Below, in pieces: positions 13,753 to 25,869 of a stretch of DNA of 64,000 bases; within the stretch, counting starts at the first letter, position 1; every line of letters starts with the position of its first letter. The notes beneath the pieces are model-generated. The model did not search any database. It was not told the DNA's origin and saw only the letters and a program-made list of their open reading frames with translations. The position numbers and the translations under genes were made by a program. The stretch lies in contig CM060731.1 in assembly GCA_030704615.1 (NCBI GenBank), forward strand, positions 5,766,001 to 5,830,000. Reading direction: 5' to 3'. The stretch is from Takakia lepidozioides (lineage: Eukaryota > Plantae > Bryophyta).

Positions 13753-14472
13753 CCAAGTTATTGGGATGTTGCCAAACCATTGAATTCCCTCATCTGATAA
13801 GTCTCTGCAACAAATACCATTGCCTTTTTCACAAACTTGGAGAGAAGTTGAACTCATTTCCTGCTACTACATCTGCAAACAGCTTCATCAACACCCGTCA
13901 TACCTTACGAGCTTCAGACAAAAAGTCTGAGTGGACGAACTCAAGATCACTCTAGCACTACATAGTTTCTTCGCAAAGACACGATCACATCTTCACTTCC
14001 AAAGTGGTATAATATATGGGATCTAAGAACAGTGCACACATGACATACTAACCATAATTGACCCTGAGCAAAATTGAGAAGCATAAGGAGCGAGAAGGGG
14101 CTGCCATGTCAATCCAATGCATGTGGAATGTTGTAATTGGAATAAATTTAATTACAATTACAATGTTGCAATTACACATTGCAGAACATGGTTGGAGCAA
14201 CTGTTTTTTCAGAGAATTTGAAAAAGAATGGGGTATCTCCCGAACAAATGAGTTCAAGCAGCAGCATGGAGCCAAAGGGGCCATGAAGAGGGTCCTGTAC
14301 ATGTGGGTCATTTGAACTTGGTTAGCCTTATTGAGAGGCACTTTAGTTCCTCCAAAACTGAGTGCTTTCACGCACACAGTTTCAGAGTCCTGCAATGCCC
14401 GTTGTGATTCTACCCCCTTCAGAGATTTGCTTATGGTTGGAAACATCAATTTGGAACTTGTCTGTTCATACT
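13753..14472 (+). pseudogene. Decayed 3' part of a homolog of the ParB-like element gene at 37431-40274
   Basis: WSNCFFREFEKEWGISRTNEFKQQHGAKGAMKRVLY (within 14058-14315) aligns with WRYCFFREFSKDGNILRSNDFDSQVGGEWAMMRVVY (37431-37724, -); followed by a palindrome at 14355-14382. Confidence 0.7.
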
Positions 14473-14692
14473 TGTCACGGACATAGCCCAGAGAAACTTA
14501 CCAGGAGTAAATACCAGAAATTACCAAGTTATCATGACTTATCGTAATTTACCATAATCTACCATGATTTATCATTACTTATCAAGTTACCGGGAGTTTA
14601 TTAAATTACCAAGAGTAACTTGGGAAACTACTCAGGAAGCTTCATTTGGAGGAAACTTCTCCATCAAGATACCTCCTTTGTTTAAGGAAGCT

Positions 14693-17600
14693 TGTCGCGC
14701 ACCTCACTTCGGTAAGCTCCCCCCTCAAGTCATAGTTACTCGCTTGATGCGCGCGCCTAACTCCCAACCTGGCCGCCGGGCCAACTTGGAGCTTCGGCTG
14801 CTCACCGGGGCATAACGGTCCCCCCCTTTGATCTCCCAAAGAACCCTCCAACGATTTGGAACCAGCGGAATTCCCTTTGGTAGCTGGCAGTCCGGAACAG
14901 CTCCCCACTCTTTGGTCGCTTTCCGGCTCGCTCGCTTACTCATTAGCTTTTGGTCACCAACGGGCTTGCACCGTTCTCGGGGTTACTACTCCCCTATATA
15001 TACTTCTGTAGCTGTCCGCGGGGGTTTTCACAAACACCATGCCATTTTTATGGTGAACCACCAGGAACACCCTCGACTCCCGATGATGAGTCGCGGTGAG
15101 TCTTGGCCCACCCACCACGGCCCCTATGGGCCGTGATGAGTCCCAAGACTCCCACGACTCCCACCACGAGGTCTCCGCCCCAGGGTTAGTCCTATGCCAC
15201 CCCCACTAAGTCCCGCTAAGCTACCACCACCCCTTGTGGAGCCACCCCCACCGCAACCCGGTGTGCGGGGCTCCACCTAGTGAGCGCCTCCGCCTCCTTG
15301 AGTGCCTTAGTCACTCAAGGGTGCTTCAGCCCCCCCATACCTATCGCTGCCACTGCCCCCACCACAGGGGCAACCCCTTTTGTGTCCCGACCCCCCTGCC
15401 CTCAAGGCAAAGGGCCGTGACACACACCCCTACCAACAGGGAGTCGATGTCTTCATCGGCTTGTCCATTTTGTGGAAACGAACATCCAAGTTGTGGCATC
15501 CCACATCAAGGAGTTTGTTTCCGTACCATGGCGTCCTATGGCAAAGAACCAAACCCCACACTTGACTCTACTCTCCACTAGTTAGTTCGGCCGACTTCCT
15601 CTAAGTCCCGGCCAACTTCCTCCAAGTCCCGGCCAAGGGTGGATCCTCTCAAGCTCCTCCCAGTGCACTCTTCTTGGCCTACTTCAAGGCCAAGGAACGA
15701 TCCTCCCCGAGGATCGAATCGCCTTACTGCAACAACATTGCTTGCGACCGCTCATGATGCCGTTTTTGGCATCACCTTGAGCAAGGGTTCACCTCGAACC
15801 CTCTTTGACTAGGAAGATAACCTTGAACCAACCGCGCGCCCCAATCACTACAATTGGGTCCGCCTTGGAATGCTGGCCTGAGGTACGGGAACACGCCGAA
15901 GCCGCACTACGAATTCGTCCCGAGGCTACACGATTATAGTACGTGAACGGAAGCACGTAGCTTCCGCGTTAGCCCGCACTACAAGGCAACCCCCTCGGTA
16001 GCGCAGTTATAGTACGCGCACGCGCCAGGTGCGCACTAGCACGTGAACTCCTAAAGAAGGTGCAAGTTTTCTTGCCCCTTGGATGGGAGTCACCCAATTT
16101 CGGCACTGCGCAAACACACGATTAACCCAATTTACCTCTCTCACTTCTGTAAGCTAGCATGCATTCTACACACACCAGCCAATCACACCATGCATCACAC
16201 CATTCCAAACAAAATAGGAAGCACAACATTTAGAACCCATTTCCTTTATAACAAATTTTTGTCAATACAAGTTTTTGCAATCGGATTCCTAAGCTAGCTA
16301 AGCCGGGCTAAGCATGCATTTCCTCCCCCACGCTCCAAGGTTGATGTCCCCATCAACGCTTCTTCCGCTTTTGAGGTCGCCCTTCGAAAACTGCAACCGC
16401 CTCGGATGCGTTTCCCATTTCTGAGGCACGCACCCAAGATGCCTCCATGCCATGTCCGCGACTTCGAGCAATAGCACATTGAAAGCCTGGACATATCCCC
16501 GAATGCCATCAGTTTGCTTCAAATTCCTCATCTTGTCTTAGGCGAGCCAGGACGTGTTGAGGGGCACAAACTGCCTCTTCATCAATTCCTTTGAACCCAC
16601 TCCAGTTCAAGGTTTCCGGGCTTGGACCTCGGTCGTGGAGGCGTTTCTGCCACCATTGTTGAGCATAGCCCCTCAAATAAGTGGGAGCCATTTCCACCCA
16701 ATCCTCGTCACTCAACTTGGCCGCCCGGAAGTACTGCTCTAGCTCCAAGAGCCAGGTGTTGAGTGCCTTCCGATTTCGGACGCCCTCGAAGGTGTCGGGT
16801 TCCTTAGGCTTCACCTTAAACTTTGCCTTAGTGGAAGTGGCATTAGCCGCCTTCAACACGTCTTTCAACGTCCCGCCAAATTGCGCCAACAACTGTCGCG
16901 CACCTCACTTCGGTAAGCTCCCCCTCAAGTCATAGTTACTCGCTTTGATGCGCGCGCCTGACTCCCAACCTGGCCGCCGGGCCAACTTGGAGCTTCGGCT
17001 GCTCACCGGGGCATAACGGTCCCCCTTTGCTCCCACTAACCCTCCACCGATTTGGAACCAGCGGGAATTCCCTTTGGTAGTTGGCAGTCCGGAACAGCTC
17101 CCCACTCTTTGGTCGCTTTCCGGCTCGCTCGCTTACTCACTAGTTTTTGGTCACCAACGGGCTTGCACCGTTCTCGGGGTTACTACTCCCTATATATACT
17201 TCTGTAGCTGTCCGCGGGGTTTCACACAACCAGCCATGCCATTTTATGGCGAACCACCACGAAAACCCTCGACTCCCGGTGATGAGTCGCGGTGAGTCTT
17301 GGCCCACTCACCACGGCCCTATGGACCGTGATGAGTCCCAAGACTCCCCACGACTCCCACCACGAGGTCTCCGCCCCATGGTGAGTCCTATGCCACCCCC
17401 ACTAAGTCCCGCTAAGCTACCACCACCCCTTGTGGAGCCACCCCCACCGCAACCCGGTGTGCGGGCTCCACCTAGTGAGCGCCTCCGCTTCCTGAGTGCC
17501 TTGGGCACTCAAGGGTGCTTCAGCCCCCCATACCTATCGCTGCCGCTGCCCCCCCACAGGGGCAGCCCCTCATGTGTCCCGACCCCCTGCCCTCAAGGCA

Positions 17601-20600
17601 AAGGGCCGCGACACACACCCCTACCAACAGGGAGTCGATGTCCTCATCGACTTGTCCATTTTGTAGAAACGAACATCCAAGTTGTGGCGTCCCACATCAA
17701 GGAGTTGTTTTCCGTACCATGGCGTCCCATGGCAAAGAACCAAACCCCACACTTGACTCTACTCTCCACTAGCTAGTTCGGCCGACTTCCTCCAAGTCCC
17801 GGCCAAGGGTGGAGCCTCTCAAGCTCCTCCCAGTGCACTCTTCTTGGCCTACTTCAAGGCCAAGGAACGATCCTCCCCGAGGATCGAATCGCCTTACTGC
17901 AACAACATTGCTTGCGACCGCTCATGATGCCGCTTTTGGCATCACCTTGAGCAAGGGTTCACCTGAACCCTCTTTGACTAGGAAGATAACCTTGAACCAA
18001 CCGTGCGCCCCAATCACTACAATTGGGTCCGCCTTGGAATGCTGGCCTGAGGTACGGGAACACGCCGAAGCCGCACTACGACTTCGTCCCGAGGCTACGA
18101 TTATAGTACGTGAACGGAAGCACGTAGCTTCCGCGTTAGCCCGCACTACAAGGCAACCCCTCGGTAGCGCAGTTATAGTACGCGCACGCGCCAGGTGCGC
18201 ACTAGCACGTGAACTCCCAAAGAAGGCGCAAGTTTCCTTGCCCCTTGATGGGGGTCACCCGATTTCGGCACTACGCAAACACACGATTAACCCAATTTAC
18301 CTCTCCCACTTTTATAAGCTAGCATGCATTCTACACACTAGCCAACCATACCATGCATCACCATTCCAAACAAATAGGACGCACAACATTTGGAACCCAT
18401 TTCATTTATAACACGTTTTGTACAATACAGTTTTTGCAATCGGATTCCTAAGCTAGCTAAGCCGGGCTAAGCATGCATTTCCTCCCCCACGCTCCAAGGT
18501 TGATGTCCCCATCAACGCTTCTTCCGCTTTTGAGGTCGCCCTTCGAAAGCTGCAACCGCCTCGGATGCGTTTCCCATTTCTGAGGCACGCACCCAAGATG
18601 CCTCCACATGATGATAGCCCTTCCATTTGACGATATACTCCGTTTCTCGGTTCTTGAACCTCCTCGACTTAAGTATTGCCTCCACCTCGTACTCAGGTTC
18701 ATTTTCATGATCCAACAGCATAGGTGGCGGACGCAACACTTGATGCCGATTCGGACGCGCTCATCTTTGAAGTAAGGCTTCAAAAGGGAGACATGGAATA
18801 CTGGGTGCACCTTGCTGTTTGCCGGCAGCTCCAATTCATACACATCCTCATTCATAACCTTCCGAATGCGAAAGGGTCCCGCATACGGAGGTACGAACTT
18901 CGGACTCACTTCCGGAGGTAGTCGGAAATTCTTGATGTTCAACCAGACCTCTGTGCCTGCCTCAAACTTCACTTCCCTCCGCTTCCGATTCGCCTGCCTT
19001 TCATACCGTTTCCTAGCTTTGGCAATTGAGCTTCAACGCCGCTACTGCTGCCGTTTCCTCAACGTCCTGGGCGGCCCAACTTGTCGGCACCAGAGGTGCT
19101 TTTCCATAGACCAATACGAAAGGGGAAACTCCCGTTGCGGAGTGTTCTGTGTTATTATAACAGAACTCTGCCGCGTCTAAGTGTTCCACCCAGTCTGTTT
19201 GGTCTGCCGACACGTAATTCCGCAAGATCTGCTTCACTACGGAATTCACTCTTTCTGTTTGGCCGTCGGTCGTAGGTCGGAAGGCGGTGCTCATCTTCAG
19301 CCTCGTCCCCATCTTCTTTCCAAAGTGCCCTCCAAAATTTACTCGTAAACTTTGGATCGCGGTCCGAGACAATATCCTTCGGGACTCCATGATGCTTTAA
19401 GACGTGGGCGAAGTAAAGTCGCCCTGTCTCCTGCGCCGTTGCCGTCTCCTTGGTGGGGATGAAATGGCCCATTTTACTGAACCTATCCACCACCACCATG
19501 ATTGCATCGAATCCTTTTGACAGCGGCATAGCAGTCATGAAATCCATCGAGACGCTTTCCCAAGTCCCCTCTGGAATCGGCAAGGGTTGTAACAGCCCCG
19601 CTTGCTTTTTGTACTCGCTCCGGTTTTGTTGGCATGTGGTGCATGTCTTGACATACTCCTCTCTGCCTCCTCCCTCAGTTTGGGCCAGAAATACTCTTTC
19701 TTCAAGAGTGCCGCAGTGCGCTTGGCTCCGCCGTGGCCCGCAAGCGGGCTATCATGGCATTCTCTCAAGAGGCTATCTCTGATCCCTCCCTTCGGCACGT
19801 AGAGACGCTTTTGCTTATACCGGAGCAGTCCATTTTGCAAGTGGAACTGCGATTTAACCCCATCCTCAAGTCCTGCATCACGGACTTCGCCAGCTCATCC
19901 TTCCGGCAAGCCTTCCGGATCTTCCTTTGGAGCGCCGTCTCGCCCTTGTACACCAACAAGAGCTGCTGCTTTCTACTTAAAGCATCGGCCACCACGTTGT
20001 CTCGTCCCGGTTTGTACTGGATATCCACGTCGAACACCGCCAAAGTATCTTGCCACCTAAGTTGTTTTGGGACAACTTGGGCTGCGTGGCAAAATACTTC
20101 ACCGTGACATTGTCCGTGAACACCTTCACTGGGTTGGAACCAACATAGTGGCGCCAAAGCTCAAGGCAATGCACCACCGCCTTCATCTCTTTTTCGTGCG
20201 TCGGCCACCGTCGCTCCACTTCATTCAGTTTCTTACTTTCGTAAGCCACTGGACGTCCATCTTGCATAAGTACACCCCCAATCGCGAAGTCCGACGCATC
20301 TGTATGAATCTCAAATGGACGATCGAACTCCGGGATTTTCAAGACTGGAGCTTCCGCCATCCGCTGCTTCAATTCAGCAAAAGCTTGGCCACAAAATGTG
20401 TTCCATACCCAGACTTTGGATTTACACAGAAGGTCCGACAGCGGCCCCGCGATCTTGGCGAAATTTCTCACATACTTCCGGTAATAGGAGGCGAGTCCTA
20501 GGAAGGATCGCACTCCCGGGACCGAAGTCGGAGGCTCCCAGTCCAAGATCGCCCTCACCTTTCTGTCATCCATTTTGATCCCATCCTGTGTAATCACATG

Positions 20601-23600
20601 CCCCAAGAACTCCACTTTTGTGACCCCGAATTCGCACTTTGAAGCTTTGGCATACAGCTTCCCTTCCCGCAATTTTGGAACACCCTTTTGAGGTGCTCCA
20701 GGTGCTCCTCCTTTGTTTTCGAGTACACCAAGATGTCGTCGATGTACACGATCACAAAGTCATCCAACCACTCCTGAAAAAGGCTGTTCATCAGCGTGCT
20801 AAGGTCGCTGGTGCATTGGTGAGCCCAAAAGGCATCACCAAGAACTCATATGAACCATACCTTGTCCTGCACGCGGAATTTGATGATAGCCGGAGCGCAA
20901 GTCGATCCGGCTGAAATACTTCGCTCCTGCCAACCGATCGAAAGGTCGTCGATCCTTGGCAAAGGGTACCGGTTTTTATAGTCACCTTATTCAAGCCCTG
21001 TAATCGACACACATCCGCAGCGTCCCATCCTTCTTGTCTGCGAATAGCACCGGGGCTCCGTAAGGTGACTTACTCGGCCGGATGTACCCCTTTGACATTA
21101 GATCCTTGAGCTGAGTCTTCAGCTCGACCAACTCTCTGTGGCTCAACCGGTAGGGTGCCTTGGCAGGCGGTTCCGATCCCGTCACCTCAATCTTGTGGTC
21201 AACTCCTCTTCGCGGTGGCAAGCCGCTTGGTAAATCCTCCGGCATCACATCCTGGTATTTCTCCAAATCCCCTTGATCCAATCTGGGCTCGGCTCCCCAT
21301 CGCCTTCTCCCTTCACTTCTCTAATGTAAAGCAAAAATTGGGGCTCGTGTGCCTCCTCCACGGCCCACTCCCTTGCTGACAGAAGGTTTATTCGCCCTCC
21401 CACGGATTTGGGCGTTTCCGACACTCGTAAAACCTCGCCACCATTCCCACATGGCAGCGTGACTACTCTCTTGCGGCCATCTATGACCGCTCCGGATTTG
21501 CTCAAAAAGGTCATCCCCAAAATGAGATCCACTCCATCGATCTCGCAGATGGTGAAGTTCTCACGTCCCTCCCAACTCCCCAGTTGAAGAGGAACATCAA
21601 ACGCCAACCTTGTCGCCAACTGTGGTTCTCCTTTGGCAGAACGCACCTCAATAGAGGCCCCCACGTCACTTGTCGGGAGTCCCAACTTTCGCGCCGCCGC
21701 CGGTCATGAAGGAGTGCGACGCTCCTGTGTCCCACCAACAACGACACGTTAGTTCCGGATATTATCCCATCCACGAACAATAACTGACTCCCTTTACGCA
21801 GGCGCCAGTTTCCTGATACAACTCACAAGAATTTGCCTACCTTGCAAGTCCTGGCGACCACCGCTTCCACCAAGCGACTGATGGTATCTTCCGACAGCTC
21901 CGTGGTTGCCCGAGTCATGTTCAATTGTCGAGGTTTTGTGCACTTCTTGGCCATGTGCCCGGGCTCCCCGCAATTGAAACACACTCCATCAAAGGTCGCC
22001 TTCTGTCCGCCATAAGCCGCTCCACCCCGCTTTTCCTTTCGAAGCACCGGTGCCGCCTTGACGTGTGAAGGCCCTCCCTTCGATTTCCACGTGCCATTGT
22101 CGCCGCGTGGCCTATCCCACTTCTTTCCGGTCGGAAGGAGTCACCTTCCCGCCGGGTCTTCTTGTGGTTCAGCTCCGTACGGCCTTGTCTCTCACCCCTA
22201 GGGACATCCGAGAAACATTCAGCCCTCTCAATTGCCTCGTTCAAAGTCTTGGGTGGCTTCTCCTCCAACTTCCGCCTGGCCCATGGGGCCAGTCCCGCCA
22301 CAAAGTTGAAGACCATTTCTGGTTCTGCCATGTCCGCGACTTCGAGCAACAGCACATTGAAAGCCTGGACATACCCCCGAATGTCATCTGTTTGCTTCAA
22401 ATTCCTCATCTTGTCCCGGGCAAGCCAGGACGCGTTGAGGGGCACAAACTGTCTCTTCATCAATTCCTTGAACCCACTCCAGTTCAAGGTTTCCGGGCTT
22501 GGGCCTCGGTCGTGAAGGCGTTTCTGCCACCATTGTTGAGCATAGCCCCTCAAATAGGTGGGAGCCACTTCCACCCGATCCTCGTCACTCAACTTGGCCG
22601 CCCGGAAGTACTGCTCTAGCTCCAGGAGCCAGGTGTTGAGTGCCTTCCGATTTCGGACGCCCTCGAAGGTGCCGGGTTCCTTAGGCTTCACCTTAAACTT
22701 TGCCTTAGTGGAAGTGGCATTAGCCGCCTTCAACACGTCTTTCAACGTCCCGCCAAACTGCGCCAACAACCCTTCCCAAAAGGCTGCCGGCATGGGAGGC
22801 ATCTCTTGGTTTGTCGGAGCTCTCAAGGATTCCTCGGGCTCCGACTCCTCGGATTCCTCCCGCTCTTGAGCGGCCTCGTTTTCGGAAACATGCATCGCTT
22901 CCTCAAACGGCCGCCTCGGTGACACGTCGCCCCCATCGGGCTCACCAGGATCATCATCTTTTGGGCCGTTCCGCTTTCGCTTCGGCTTGCCGACCCCATG
23001 ATGAGGCCAATCCCAAGGACGATCGCGTACTGAACTCTAAGCTCTGATACCAAGTGTCGCGCACCTCACTTCGGTAAGCTCCCCTCAAGTCATAGTTTAC
23101 TCGCTTTGATGCGCGCGCCTGACTCCCAACCTGGCCGCCGGGCCAACTTGGAGCTTCGGCTGCTCACCGGGCATAACGGTCCCCCTTTGTTCTCCCAAAC
23201 CCTCCACCTATTTGGAACCAGCGGAATTCCCTTTGGTAGTTGGCAGTCCGGAACAGCTCCCCACTTTGGTCGCTTTCCGGCTCGCTCGCTTACTCACTAG
23301 TTTTGGTCACCAACGGGCTTGCACCGTTCTCGGGGTTACTACTCCCTATATATACTTCTGTAGCTGTCCGCGGGGGTTTCACAACCAGCCATGCCATTTT
23401 ATGGCGAACCACCACGAAAACCCTCGACTCCCGGTGATGAGTCGCGGTGAGTCTTGGCCCACTCACCACGGCCCCTATGGACCGTGATGAGTCCCAAGAC
23501 TCCCCACGACTCCCACCACGAGGTCTCCCCCCATGGTGAGTCCTATGCCACCCCCACTAAGTCCCGCTAAGCTACCACCACCCCTTGTGGAGCCACCCCC

Positions 23601-24780
23601 CGCAACCCGGTGTGCGGGGCTCCACCTAGTGAGCGCCTCCGCCTCCTGAGTGCCTTGGGCACTCAAGGGTGCTTCAGCCCCCATACCTATCGCTGCCGCT
23701 GCCCCCACCACAGGGGCAGCCCCTCATGTGTCCCGACCCCTGCCCTCAAGGCAAAAGGCCGCGACAACAACCCTTCCCAAAAGGCTGCCGGCATGGGAGG
23801 CATCTGTTGGTCGGTCGGAGCTCTCAGGGATTCCTCAGGCTCTGACTCCTCAGATTCCTCCCGCTCTTGAGCGGCCTCGTTTTCGGAAACATGCATCGCT
23901 TCCTCAAACGGCCGCCTCGGTGACACGTCGCCCCCATCGGGCTCACCAGGATTATCATCTTTTGGGCCGTTCCGCTTTCGCTTTGGCTTGCCCGACCCCA
24001 TGATGAGGCCAATCCCAAGGACAATCGCGTACTGAACTCTAAGCTCTGATACCAAGTGTCGCGCACCTCACTTCGGTAAGCTCCCCCCTCAAGTCATAGT
24101 TACTCGCTTGATGTGCGTGCCTAACTCCCAACCTGTCCGCCGGGCCAACTTGGAGCTTCGGCTGCTCACCGGGGCATAACGGTCCCCCCCTTTGATCTCC
24201 CAAAGAACCCTCCAACGATTTGGAACCAGCGGAATTCCCTTTGGTAGTTGGCAGTCCGGAACAGCTCCCCACTCTTTGGTCGCTTTCCGGCTCGCTCGCT
24301 TACTCATTAGCTTTTGGTCACCAACGGGCTTGCACCGTTCTCAGGGTTACTACTCCCTATATATACTTCTGTAGTTGTCCGCGGGGGTTTCACAAACAAC
24401 CATGCCATTTTATGGCGAACCACCACGAACACCCTCGACTACCGGTGATGAGTCGTGGTGAGTCTTGGCCCACCCCACGGCCCCTATGGGCCGTGATGAG
24501 TCCCAACTCCCACGACTCCCACCACAAGGTCTCCACCCCAGGGTGAGTCCTATGCCACCCCCACTAAGTCCCGCTAAGCTACCACCACCCCTTGTGGAGC
24601 CACCCCCACCGCAACCCGGTGTGCGGGGCTCCACCTAGTGAGCGCCTCCGCCTCCTTGAGTGCCTTGGGCACTCAAGGGTGCTTCAGCCCCCCCATACCT
24701 ATCGCTACCACTGCCCCCACCATAGGGGCAGCCCCTTTTGTGTCCCGACCCCCCTGCCCTCAAGGCAAAGGGCCGCGACA
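14693..24780 (-). mobile_element. Outer Ty3/gypsy chromovirus (family A), internally deleted
   Basis: LTRs 14693-15422 and 24057-24780; TSD AAGCT; tRNA-iMet PBS TGGTATCAGAGC at 24043-24054; gag joins directly to the chromodomain end at ~16446 (about 3.7 kb of gag-pol missing relative to the inner copy). Confidence 0.95.
16894..23766 (-). mobile_element. Inner full-length Ty3/gypsy chromovirus (family A): gag, protease, RT, RNase H, integrase, chromodomain
   Basis: LTRs 16894-17613 and 23055-23766; TSD ACAAC; PBS 23041-23052; CFNCGEPGHMAKKC, YIDDIL, TDASDFAIG, SMDF/VVVDRFSK, GQTERVN, GPF, and [11 protein letters not shown]...YIVKWKGY...SW chromodomain; many 1-bp frameshifts. Confidence 0.97.
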
Positions 24781-25231
24781 AAGCTTCTCTATCAAGAAAC
24801 CTTTGTTTAATCTTGGAAACTTCTCCAGTAAGAAACCTCCATAAGAGAAGCTTCTTGGAGAAACTTTTTAGTAGCCAGTATATATAGAAGGCGAGACTGG
24901 ACACTTTTCAGTCTCGCCAACACAAGTTCAAGCTACTCTTGTTCCAAGTCCAGTACTCTAGTCCAGCTTCCAGTATCCAGTCCAGTTTCCAGTATCTGGT
25001 ATTCCAGTCCAGTTTCCAGCATTCCAGTATCCGAGTCGAGTTCCAGTATTTTGTACTCTTGTCCATTGTTATAAAGATCATCTTGATTCATGCTCACCTA
25101 CCATGCATTCGGCCACACCGACCTTGACTTCTTGTATAGTCTTGTACCTCTAGTCTGATCTCTTGTTTATGTTCTGTCATGTTCTCGTCCTTGACAATAC
25201 TCACTCCATGGGAAAATTCAAATCCCCTCAT

Positions 25232-25780
25232 AAATGAGTGCGTTGAAGCACTCAATTTTAGAGGGCACAATATCGCATGTTCAGCCTGTCCTCCCATAGA
25301 CATTGCTGATATCTGTTTTGGGGGGGATTGCGCTTAAAATCTCCCATGGATAATTTTGTACTGCGAAATTCCACCTGAAAGGAAAGTGTATTTTCCCTTG
25401 CTTTAACAAAAAAAAAATGTGAAATTCCACCTGACATTGTGGCTAAATGGATGAGTAGGTCACTTTTGGTTCCCTTATGGACATGCATGTTGCAGCCCGA
25501 AACTAAGTGCTTTGACGCACTCAGTTTTAGAGGGTACAAAACCACATGTTCAACCTGTCCTCCCATAGAGATTACTGATTTATGTTTTGGGGGGGATTAC
25601 GCTTATGGTTCCTTTATGGACATGTCTATTTGCAACCCGGATAGAGGGTACAAAACCGCATGTTTAGCCTATCCTCCCATAGAGATTGCTATTTCTATTT
25701 TGGGGGGGATTACGCTTATGGTTCCCTTATGGACATGCCTGTTTGCAGCCCGGAACTGAGTGCGTTGACGCACTCAGTTT
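25232..25780. repeat. Degenerate ~115-140-bp tandem repeats with palindromes AACTGAGTGCGT-TG-ACGCACTCAGTT
   Basis: Palindromes at 25232-25258, 25500-25527, 25754-25779 (perfect 12-bp arms); shared unit TAGAGGGTACAAAACC...CCTCCCATAGA...GGGGGGATTACGCTTA; fourth palindrome at 14355-14382 on the other side of the LTR insertion. Confidence 0.9.
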
Positions 25781-25869
25781 CGTGGGGTCTCACGCAATGA
25801 TCTTTTGCATCCCCTTTCATTAACTCTTGCTTGTTGCATGTATATAAAAAATGTACTCATACCAGGGAA

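Larger units (their letters stand above)
14473..25196 (+). mobile_element. Solo LTR, family B, copy 2 (14473-14692 + 24781-25196), interrupted by the gypsy nest
   Basis: TGTCACGG...CCTTGACA ends; 5-bp TSD ATACT (14468-14472 / 25197-25201); TATATATAG near 24879. Confidence 0.9.

Noticed and set aside
15060-15170. Hammerhead ribozyme in family A LTRs (TGATGAG motifs)
   Set aside because: Lacks the CUGAUGA and downstream GAAA core.
17147-18411. Plus-strand 209-aa and 200-aa ORFs as genes
   Set aside because: Lie in GC-rich LTR/3' region and frames are not preserved among the copies in this window.
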